A stretch of 64,000 nt of DNA from Pelomyxa schiedti (lineage: Eukaryota; Protista; Evosea): NCBI GenBank assembly GCA_020536535.1, contig JAHLWZ010000452.1:1-64000 (forward strand), written 5' to 3'. Under the pieces are notes generated by a model that saw nothing but the letters and a program-made list of their open reading frames with translations, made no database searches and was not told the DNA's origin. Shown in pieces: positions 45,480 through 55,872 of this stretch. Position 1 is the first letter of the stretch, and every line of letters starts with the position of its first letter. The position numbers and the translations under genes are program-made.

Positions 45480-47223
45480 ACATGTGTTGTAGCGGCACTG
45501 CTGGTAGTCTGATTAGACGACAGAGGGCCCAACACCCTCCTCCTTTTGTGTTCAACAGGCAAAGGCCCTTTGTTTGCAAATTGCCGTTGCAACGAGGTGA
45601 TGTCACCATCAGAGGAAAACCACACCACGGACGATGTGTCTGTTGGCGTATCTTGCGTTAGCTCCCGGAAAAATTCGTGTCTGTGTGGTGGTAAGAGAAA
45701 GAAGGGTCAGGTAAAAAAGGAGAACCTCAGGACTTTGAAGAGGTTTGTGCCATCCCTGATTAACTTCTTGAGATGGAAAAGTAAATGCTGCTGGTGCTTG
45801 ATAGGATCCTCGTTGGCAACGGCACTTGGATTTATTGTTTCCGAAGTGGGAATGTTCTCTTTTCCTTCCGGTGGGGTTTGCACTTTGGAGGAATCCCACC
45901 GAGGAGCACACGCTTTCATTACATTCAATAGAGATTCATTATCCAATGTGGGACTGAAAGAACCGTGGAATAGTCCCTAATTTTCGTAACAAAACAATGC
46001 ATTAAAGGAAAATGCTGCCGGTACCTTTGGATTTCCTACTACCTCACCAGATGGGAGTTGGATCCGTGACAATCCTGTGTAACTATTAATCCACTGGTGA
46101 AATTTTGGTGTAGTGGAGTTTAAAAGCACACCGAAATCAATCAAAGTTACCAGTGTGTTATTGGTAAACCAAACAGTGCCTGCATCATGGTAAGCCAAGT
46201 GAGTTTTGCCTGAAACTGCTTGGAGTAAAATGTTGCCAGAATGGAGGTCATTGTGATTGAACTCCAAGTCTCTCCGTGCTATAGCCAGGGCATATAGGAT
46301 CTGAGAAAATTTGAACCCAAAAGCAATAAAGGCCTTCACCTACCTGAAAGAAGTAGCACTTGAACTCGTAAAGGGATAGTCTTCTTTCTTGCACTAAGGA
46401 ACGCAGACTGGTGTCTGCGAATTTCAATACAATAACGAGGAACTCTGTCCCATTTAATGCAGGGGGATTTCGAATATCTTGGTAGTAAAGGGGAGTTGTT
46501 ACCTGTAAAAATGATCAATTCATCATGTTGCTAAAGCAGGACTACCTTAAACCACCGAGAAAGCTCCACAAAATTTCCACATTTATTGGCTTTGGTGAGT
46601 GTTCCAAGCTGCAATAGTATGGAGAGTTCTCTGTGGGCAGTATCGGCGTTATTGGCAGAACAAGTAACTTGTCTTTTGATGGCTACTTTCAAATCGTTTA
46701 GGCCTTTTTCTTTTACAATAAAAACGTCCTGTTCGAAATGAGTATAATCTTTCTCTATCTCGTAAATATGGGCCAAATACTCACGCTGTTGGCCTGGTAA
46801 ATCGATTCCACTACTTCGGCACAAAACAGTGGTTCCAGTGCAGAAACCTCACTCGGAGTTTCCTAACCAATAAAAAAATGGTCATGCATCAAACCAAAAG
46901 AGAACACAAGATAAATCCCCTCCCACAAGCAATATTTTTCAACCAACCACGCATAAGACTACGTCCAGCAAATATTTATTAATACAACACAGACAGCGTA
47001 CCTCCGTCCCCTTTGCCGCCTCGTCCGTGATCACGCTTGACAAGTCGGCGGATTCGTCAGTGCGTCGGCGCGACGTCCAAGATACGCTTCGCGTGGTGAC
47101 AGCTCGCGACGTGGCCGAGCTCGCAGCCGAGCCATCTCGCGACTGTTGTTGGCGTTGGAGGTCGACCTCGACCGTGTTGGTGTGTCCGCCTCGTCGCTTG
47201 TGTGGGTCTACGTTGCGTGTCAT
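45480..47223 (-). CDS. Haspin-like Ser/Thr protein kinase; ends approximate
   Basis: KVAIK, HRELSIL, QILYALAIARRDLEFNHNDLHSGNILL, TLIDFG-LSRI. Confidence 0.7.
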
Positions 47224-47437
47224 CGCGAGGCGAAGGGGGGGAAAAAAACAGTGTCGAGGTCGCGGCACCAAGGTCCGCAAAGCTACAATTGGCAAAATAA
47301 AATAAAATGAGGGACAAAACGAAACCTCAGTGCCACTGCCAGAGATGACTCTTTGTTTCGGCGAGCGCTGGTTTTCCACTTTTTCCGACCAAGTTGGAAG
47401 TTTACAGGAAATTGATTATTTCTCCCTGGAAGAACAA

Positions 47438-50403
47438 CTATGTATGGAACAGAAGCACAACGGCTGTAATGTCGTCCGTTGATTCATGTTGGACTGCATA
47501 CTCGACGAGTGCCTCAGCAGCGAGCTATGCAAGGGTAAATGCAGAGAAGCTGTAGGAGACAAAGTTACCTTGCAGTTGGAGTCCTTCTTCAAGGCATTAC
47601 TAACAACCTGAACGGCATTCTCATTGCTGACATTGTTCCAAACCCCGTCAGTTGCTAGAATGAGAAATGTGTCATCCGCCGTTATTATATGCTCCGTCAC
47701 TTCCGGTACCGCTGATAAACAACCGGGTCTTGTGCAGTTCAGTTTTCTTCTATTTTAGAGAGGAGAAATACGGATATTCTGGGGATTTCTTCAATTCAAA
47801 GTCTCCCAATGAGCGTGACACTTCCATTATTCCAAAAAGGCGTTGGTTTTGAACTTTACCCCCATTTTCCACTATTCTTGCCATTTCTGTTGGCGTACTG
47901 GCCTACGCATTTTAATTTTACATGTTAACCACTATGTAATACCTTGTGATCAACAGAAAGGGGAACAGCAGTGTCCGACGTGCAGAGAACAGCGCGAGAA
48001 TCACCCAAGTTGGCTATAAAAAGCTTTTTCCCAAGAATGAGTGCGGCTAGAACGCATGTTCCACAGGTTTTATCTACATTATCTATGACAGACACTAGTT
48101 ATTGCGAGAAAATCTGAGTACTATTACCAGCGTTTTTGAGTTGCTTTGCCAATTCCTCGTCAGTTACTTTGAAGCCTTCCTCGAGTGCCTGTTTTGGGTG
48201 CTGTGGGAAGGTCTCAACAGCAGTAACGTGATTGTAGAGATTTTGTGCGACATATGTACTTGCATATGAATCGGAATGGCCGTCGCATACTAATGCAAAA
48301 GTTGCTCCTGGGGAGAAGTCAAGAACAAAGTGGGAAGAAGGCTACGCACCGCTTCCCACGATAATATTGAAGGTATCCTGGTTATGGGCGTGCCGCTTCC
48401 CAGTTTTCGTGCATCCAGTGGCAGTTGCATTAGGTTCCTATGGAAACACACAGCGGTTAGATTTTGCACTGAGTTAATTTTGTTCGCACTGGTGTGTGAA
48501 GAGTGCCACTGCCAGAGTTGGGTAGAGCAACGTCCTGAGGTGCAGGAGGAAAAGGTATCTTCGTGCTTTTAGTTGTGGAACGATTTTTTTTATGAGATAA
48601 AATCAGCTCTGCTCTTGGAGCCGTGGAGACATCCAGATCATGTGGGGAAGAAGGTGCAGAATTGATCTTCCGGTTGTTTTTTTGTGCAAGTGGCCGGTCA
48701 GGCCTTGCACTGCCAGGAGAAATGTTTCCTCTAACCCCCTGTGTACATTAGAGATGATCTAAATTTGAAGGTTATACCTGTAGGGGAAGAGTTGCAATCC
48801 TGGTCCCATTACGGGGTTTGTCTCCTTTATTTATGTGTCTATCTTGCTCCTCAGGGCCTGAGTTACTTTGGTTTGGAGTGTCTTCTTTTTGAAGGGTCTC
48901 CAATTTCTTCTCCGTACCAGGTTGTTGAGGGGTTTGGTTGTTATTCTCCATTACTTCCGCTGTGCCCTCAGCTTTAACAGATTGCTCAAGTGGAGGTTGG
49001 TGGGAGCCTGTATCTTGTTCTTCAGGTAGTGCGCGACTATTTTGAGTTATCAATGAAGGAGATGCAGATTGCTGAACAATTGATGCCACCGTGGCGGGCC
49101 TATTTGATTTTGGCGTGCCTGTTGGCAATTTTGTTTCTGCATTTACACCCACGGAGCGGGAAAGTGGATGAGACGGTGTCTGCGGTTTTGATGGAGCCAC
49201 ATCTGGTTGAACCTGATTTGTTGCGGAGATTGTGGTCTGCTTAGGGTGGGGTGTTTTTGGTGAGTGTGGGCTTGCATCCCTATGAGGGGACTGGGTAGGA
49301 ACCTTGTTGCGGGAGGAGAGCGATTGTTCCGCCGATGTGTGTGGAGAAGGTAATGTTTGCACAGGACGTTCTTCTACTGTTGGAGTACTGCGGTGACCTT
49401 CCACATCAAGTTGTTTTGGTAACTGAAGAGGGGGTGCTGCTGTGGGTGTGAGTGGTACTGCCTGGTGTGGATATGGAGAAATCTGGCGGTTATGTGGTGA
49501 CACTGTGTGAGGTGACTGTATGCGACTCGAGTGAGGAGAGTGGGGTACATTAGGTGCCTGAGAGCCCATAGTTCCCTCATCTTGAGGATGTTGTGATTGG
49601 ATTTCTTGTGAAGGCTTTCGGTGAGAAAGTGCCGCAGGTTCCTGTTCCAACGTAGGTTTGGACTGTGGGGTTGGGGGCTTGGCAGCCTGGGGACCTTGTT
49701 TTCCAACTGAGCTGGGACGCTTCTGAGGTGTAGGTGGTTTGGCACTGGATTCCCCTTGTGGGCCTGTCTCCTGTGTAGGAGGATTTTCCGTTTGGGCAAC
49801 GAACGAGGTTGGGAGGTCCACAACGAAAACTTGAGTGTGAGGCGATCGGGGGTGCAACTGGCGCGAACGGTAATATTTACGCGCAGCAGTTTGCTGGGGT
49901 TGGTTCGCTTTTCCCGAGTGTGGAGTTAGTGGCGGAATCTGAACACGTACACTGAATTGGGCATCTAGGGCGGCTTTTGCGCCAAAGTACTCAACGCCGA
50001 AGCTGTACGGATCTACCGGTTTGTTGCGCACCAGTTCTCGTGCAAAGGAGCGCAAGATCTGAGCGAAACCAGGCGGGATCTGCGGAAAGTACCTCCCTCT
50101 GCCGTTTATGTCGCACTCTTCTTCCGCAAGGCATTCGCCCTCTGACGTGGCCTGCGGCTTGTTGCGATTGTTGTTGGTAGATGCACCGAAATGGGAGAAA
50201 AACAAGGAAGATGCCGAAGACGTTGTAGAGCACGGCGGTGACAGTACTTGCCTGCCCTGCAACTGCAAACACAGGTGGAACTGGCGGCGCCTCAATTGGG
50301 CCTCGAACTTCTGTTGTGCAATTGGTATCAACAGTTGATTGCCATGTTTTGGTTGTTGCTGTTGTGTGCCTAGTTTGGTGTCCTCGGACGACAAACCGCT
50401 CAT
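47438..50403 (-). CDS. PP2C/PPM phosphatase with N-terminal RIIa dimerisation/docking domain and long Pro/Ser/Gln linker
   Basis: IPPGFAQILRSFARELVRNKPVDPYSFGVEYF (RIIa D/D); HNQD, CDGH, ANLGDSRAVL, DHK, VSRSLGDF, LATDGVW, STDDITAVV. Confidence 0.88.
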
Positions 50404-50677
50404 TGCGAATTAACTTATTTATTGGAAGTAGATGTTCCGTCGCCCCAGGCCAGAACTTGGGTGGTATTGCCATTGAACTACGATCAGGAAGCCAAGCTAT
50501 CCCGTCTAGTGTAGCTCCAGATGATGGATGTTATGACTGCGTAATTTCTATGCTCCAGGCACCGAAATTCTTGGTTTGTGAGAAAAGAATGATGTGTATC
50601 TAGATCGGGTGTTATTTAACGGAAGCCGGGAAAGAAACAAACACAAAAAGAAGCCGAGAAACAACAAAAACAACAAA

Positions 50678-52445
50678 ATGAGCTGTTGCACTCTTGACAA
50701 GGAGAAACCATCCGCATGTTCATCAGAAGCCCCAGTGCCCGTGGACCCGACCATAAGGCTGACCACCACCCGCGTCTCGTGTGCAGACTTATGGGAGCAC
50801 GTGCAGGCCAGGTTCTCGTGGAAGAGAATGTCGCACGGCATCACGCCAGGAGTGTACGTTCTTGACGATAGTGGCAGATACGACCCATCAAAGGGCGTAT
50901 TGCCACCAAAGGACACTCCCATTCTCGTCACAGCCAACTACGCTCTGAGGTCCGCTTCTTTATTTATTTTTTCGGTTTTTTTGGTTTTTTTTCCCCCCCA
51001 CTGACAGTCAAATAGCTTTGATTCACTTCGGTCTTGTATTCCGGCCAGTGCACAGCCGGTTTATATTCTTGTTATTGACACGAAGGCAATCAATGTGTGG
51101 TGCGCTGCTGGAAAGGGTACTTTTGGAACTGACGAACTGTGCAAGAGGATAGTGATGCATGATTTGCAGTCTCTTGTTAGGTGTGGAGAGAGTCAATAAT
51201 ATTTAAAGTGTACTTCTTTCCTCTCTAATTCCTTCATCATCATATAGGCACCGTCTGCTTATTCTCCCTCAGCTTGGGGCAACTGGAGTTTCTGCACGCG
51301 AAGTTAGGGAACGAACTGGATTTACTGTAAATCCTCCCTTCCAACACCCATCAACTTACCTGGTTATTACAGGTGGAATGGGGTCCTGTCCGAGCTGCTG
51401 ATTTGCCAGTGTACCTTTCTAAATCACCAAGGAGAAAAACGAACGAAATGCGTCGTGTAGAATTTCCCATTAAGGATCGTGCGGTACTTATTCCAGTGGA
51501 AGTACTCTCGAACTTGAAGTACAAAGCCATTATAACGGTGAGTGCAAATTTTAGGAAATTGCCTACCTAATTTAATATGTAGTTCTTCGCACTTCTATTT
51601 GGAGGGCTATTTTCTGCGGTAGGCTTCCTCCTTGCTGTATTCTACGGGTATGTTATGGCATTTTATGTAGCCTGTCACCTTCTTATAACAATAAGGACTA
51701 TACTATTCCCGCTCTGTCTTCCTTTGCTACCAACGAGACACTTCACGACAAAGGGTCTTATCTTAGGAGTGGTCGGCTTCTATTTCTATTTGTCTTATTG
51801 ACTCATATAACACTTACAGATATGCACTCTCTCTCACTTGTTCGTTTGGCACAAGCTGGGTTGGGATTGGGCAGACACAACATTTTCTCTTATCACCGGC
51901 ATTTTCACACTGATTGCCATGCCTATTCTTATTTCCCTCTGGGCTCTGAATTTCTCTGGATGCACAACCTTCTCTTCCAAAAGTGAAACACTGAAGGAAA
52001 CACTTTGGTGGCTATGGGTAAGGCAAACACAAAACAACTGTACTCCCTTACTAACCCACCGCTCCAGTTCGTTCCAACCATCTCTTCTAGAGCCAGCAAA
52101 TTCTACAAAACAGAACCTACACTTGCCATTGATACAAACAAATGCGTTGGGTGCCATATCTGCCAAGATGTCTGCCCCCACGATGTCATATCAGGTTTGT
52201 TGCATCCAAACCAACAAAATCCTTGCAACTCAACTCATTCAATCCCACCAGTTGTGAATGGCAAGGCCACAATTTCTCGCCTGAATGACTGCATGGAATG
52301 TGGGGCCTGTGCAATGAACTGCCCAACAAAGGCAGTCACTGTTGAATCAGGAGTTGGTTGTGCCTGGGCTATAATCATGTCAGCCATTAATGGAAGGGAA
52401 ACAGTTGGTTGTGGTTGTGGCGATGGCTGCTGTTCCTCCAACTGA
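50678..52445 (+). CDS. hgcAB: Fused HgcA-HgcB (mercury-methylation corrinoid protein + 2[4Fe-4S] ferredoxin), 9 exons, ~446 aa
   Basis: Exons 50678-50949, 51016-51180, 51248-51326, 51373-51537, 51583-51647, 51696-51771, 51820-52017, 52068-52194, 52252-52445, all GT-AG and in frame. Motifs: TPILVTANYALSFDSLR, ILVIDTKAINVWCAAGKGTFGTDEL, HRLLILPQLGATGVSA, VEWGPVRAADLP, LNFSGCTTFSS, CVGCHICQDVCPH, CMECGACAMNCP, GVGCA, terminal CGCGDGCC. Confidence 0.93.
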
Positions 52446-52508
52446 GGAAAGAGGAAAAGTGCTAAATAAAAGAAACAAACGTATTTATTTATTATGAATT
52501 CATTCCTC

Positions 52509-53740
52509 CTAGTCCTGGTGTTGGGTGGGTGCTGTTTGGGTGTCTTGAGTTGCAGCAGGGAACACAATGAGTTGCTCTGTAGTTGCATTCGGCATAGGAG
52601 TACTTGTGGCAGTGCCAGTTGTTCCGAGAGTAGCAGTGGAGGCAATAGGAGCCGGTGGTGTGAGTGTGATGCTGGCTGAATCACTTGGGGGAACTTCTTG
52701 AGGAGGGGGTGGTGGAGGGTGCTGGGGCTGATTGGGCCCAACCCCCATTGTGGGAAGTACAGAATCGGTGACCAAGCTGACTCCCTGATTGAACCAACCC
52801 CAGAGTGCATTGATGCCGGTGGATGCGGCGCCGGTCACGCGTTCCGCGACGTGGTATTGCTGGTCGATTTCCTTCATCTTGGCGAAGCTGGTGTTGGCGG
52901 CGGAGCTGACTTTCTCGGATATGTGGTAGTTCTGGTTGAGTTGGGACGCCTGTGTGATGATGGTTGACGTGGCAGTGGTGACGTGTTCTTGGATGTGGTA
53001 CTCCTTGTTGATGGTTTTGACTTTGTCAATAGCTTGTTTATTCAGAGTCAGAACGAGTTGTGATTGGGAGAAAGAACGCAGGGGGACCATACCACTGTTT
53101 AGAACAGCAGGAACTGATTGCATAAGGGGTTGCTGGGCAGGCATGGGCTGAGGTGGAGCGACAGAGGACAATGGCATGGGTTCACTTGCCGCGCTCCTTT
53201 GTTCTGGTGCCTGATCCACTGCCATAGTCATTCCTGTAGGCCCGCTTCCAAGATAACCTGCAAGAACCTAATCACGTTATCATGGTGTGATATCCAGGGA
53301 TATATATACTAAGGACTATATTTAATGAAAAATCGAGCTCCCTTGTATTGAATGGAAGAAATCAACAACCAAAGCAAAAACCTCAAAACAATAATAATAA
53401 AAAAGCACACCTCAGCACGCTGGGAGTACTGCGAGACTTTAGCAGAAATCAGCTGGGACCTCTGTGGGTCGGACTCGAACTCAAGCACCTTGGAGAGCAG
53501 CCCCGCCGCGCGCCGGTACGCGTCCACGGCCCCGGGGTAGTCGTGCGCCGTGTCGAGCTGGACGCCTAGCCCCGCCGCCTGCCCCGCGTCGCGGAGCAGC
53601 CCCTCCACCAGCTGCGGGTCCGGCTGCGGCACAACCACCGCCGGCGTGGGCGGAGGCACGGCTGCAACGGCTGCTGCTGTGGTTTCTGCTGACTCGACTA
53701 TTGGGGCTGTGGGAACTGGTGCTGTGTCGGTGCTCGTCAT
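52509..53740 (-). CDS. MIT-domain protein
   Basis: AAGLGVQLDTAHDYPGAVDAYRRAAGLLSKVLEFESDPQRSQLISAKVSQYSQRAE. Confidence 0.8.
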
Positions 53741-53973
53741 TTTTGCTTTTGTAGTTATTATTTCTTTTCATCACGATATTGATCGGCTGAAGGCGGAGTG
53801 AAACGGACCATGGTACCCGTACCACCTCTACCGAACGTTAGGGAATGGCCGGACAGGTCCTGCTGGAGTTGCCATAGTGGAACATGTTCATAGAAATAAA
53901 GCTACTACAATAATCAAAGGAGCTGCAGCAAGGCCAATCAGACCCTTGTCTTTCGAAATTTGTCGGCACATCG

Positions 53974-55518
53974 ATGGGGCACAGCTCGTCGACGCCAGAG
54001 ACTCCGCCGCCTGTGGTCACGCCCACGGCCGTGCCCCCCTTCCCGATCCTCCCCTCGATCCCCGTGCCCGCCGCCCCGCTGCCGCTCGTCAAGTGCGACA
54101 CCGCGGCGCCGCAGCCGCGGCCCTTGTCCGCCGTGCGCGCCCCGTTTGTCCTTAAGATGGCCAGCTCAGACTCCCTCCCGGCCCTGATCTCCAGCGCGCC
54201 GGTGGCCTCGTCCACCACCACGCAGCGGGCCGACGCCGCCCGCCACGCCGCGAAGCTCGCCCTGGCCTGCGCCTACCACCCGCGGCTCGGCGCCCACAGC
54301 CTCGCGACCATCCTCACGCCCGACGTGATCGACTACATCACGGCGCTCGCGTTCGGGGTGCCGCCTCCCGACTGGTGGTTCCCGGCGCCTTCCCTAATTG
54401 TGGGATTGTCCGGCTTCGGCTGTGGAATTGCCTTCCACGACTTCGTTCTTGGAAAGCCGGAACTGCAATCTAGCCGAAAAAGTACTGCTCCTGCTGAGAC
54501 TGAGGAAATTGTACAGCACTCTCCTATTTCCATCGACTCCTGCAAGTGGAATCTTGTTGCTGCTCCCAGAAAAGCTTCTTCTCTGAACCTAACCACTATG
54601 AGAAAAATCAGGTTTGCTTCGGATTATGAGAGGTGCTTCTCAGTCATGCTTGGAACCAGCGCTGGTCACAATTTCCTTAGCGCATTTGACCTTCATAAAA
54701 TGAAGCAATCATATTGCTGTCCATGTATTGCTCGCTGCGTTTGTTTTCTGCAGTCTCAGTCACGACATGTTTATACTGCAGCTAGTGGGGTGATAAACGA
54801 GTGGAGGATTGGAGAAGCTGCATCCAAACGCGGTGTATTGCCCGCTATCGGGAAGATTAGAAACTACAGGATATCATGTGGCTCCATAGACCACCTCTGC
54901 AATGCCTTCTCGCCCAAGCTTCTTGCAGTTGGCTCGAAACTGCAAAACACTGTCTATGTTGTAGAACCGAAGCCGGCTCACGTCAAAGCTAGAAAAAAGA
55001 TGGATATAGGTGTCCTGTGTATGATGGTTCACACCCCTGAAAGCCAAATACAAGTAACGGCAATGCATGGGATGCCACAGTCACCTACCCTCCTCACAGC
55101 ATGCAGTGATTGCTCTATACGTGCTTGGTCATCAACAAGGCAAGTCAACAATATACCACTATGGTCCACTTGTATTACAAGTGAAGTACCAGTGACAGCA
55201 ATGTGCTATCTTCAAGAATCTGAAGTTATATCAGATGAAGCATTTGCAGCCTGTGCAGGAGGGAGGTGCTTCATTTATGACAAGAGAGCGAACGTAAATA
55301 GCCCACTGATTACTATGGATTTGGCTTGCCGCAAGGCAAAGAGTATCTTGCCACTTGCACAGAATACAGTAGCTATTGCTGTCGCCACCAGACAAGGGAA
55401 TGAAGGTGGTGTGTTGTTGTTTGACATCAGGGCGCCAGACGCACCAGTGGCTATACTAAAAACAGGAGCACTAACCTCAATGAATTTATTTGGTACTTTG
55501 GGAGCCCCTTTTTTTTAA
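53974..55518 (+). CDS. Single-exon WD40-like repeat protein with N-terminal HPRLG motif
   Basis: 514-aa ORF; LLTACSDCSIRAWS, CFIYDKR, VLLFDIR; LALACAYHPRLGAHS..LTPDVIDYI. Confidence 0.7.
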   Translation: MGHSSSTPETPPPVVTPTAVPPFPILPSIPVPAAPLPLVKCDTAAPQPRPLSAVRAPFVLKMASSDSLPALISSAPVASSTTTQRADAARHAAKLALACAYHPRLGAHSLATILTPDVIDYITALAFGVPPPDWWFPAPSLIVGLSGFGCGIAFHDFVLGKPELQSSRKSTAPAETEEIVQHSPISIDSCKWNLVAAPRKASSLNLTTMRKIRFASDYERCFSVMLGTSAGHNFLSAFDLHKMKQSYCCPCIARCVCFLQSQSRHVYTAASGVINEWRIGEAASKRGVLPAIGKIRNYRISCGSIDHLCNAFSPKLLAVGSKLQNTVYVVEPKPAHVKARKKMDIGVLCMMVHTPESQIQVTAMHGMPQSPTLLTACSDCSIRAWSSTRQVNNIPLWSTCITSEVPVTAMCYLQESEVISDEAFAACAGGRCFIYDKRANVNSPLITMDLACRKAKSILPLAQNTVAIAVATRQGNEGGVLLFDIRAPDAPVAILKTGALTSMNLFGTLGAPFF

Positions 55519-55872
55519 AAAAAAAGCAATTTCCCCAACAAAAAAAAAAAAACAAAAAATGTGTGGGTTGCATGTTGGAGTGCACAACGCCAGTTGTTAC
55601 ACCCAGGGTTGCTCCCAAGTCCCTGCCTGAGCTAGCTGATCCGAAAACCAACTGCATCGAAGGTAAGGAGCATTATTCGGCCTTTAGCCCCAAATTTGAC
55701 ACCAGTGGTAAGTTTCTCCCTGCAAGAGGGGGTGTTTCGGGGGTACAGGCCTTAACTGTGGTAGTTAGGGAAGCTAGAATGCCTGAATCCGTCGGGGCTC
55801 CGCCCAAACTTATGGGTTTGAATTTGAAATTTGATGGAAATCGGTTGGATTGATCGGATTCGGAATCGCCCA

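Noticed and set aside
50678-51537. Ordinary CO dehydrogenase/acetyl-CoA synthase corrinoid subunit (CdhD/AcsC)
   Set aside because: It has the HgcA-specific cap-helix Cys motif, a C-terminal membrane domain and an HgcB-type ferredoxin
50678-52445. Bacterial or archaeal contamination as source of hgcAB
   Set aside because: Eight spliceosomal introns are needed for an open frame, and the gene is contiguous with eukaryotic genes with no gap within 7 kb
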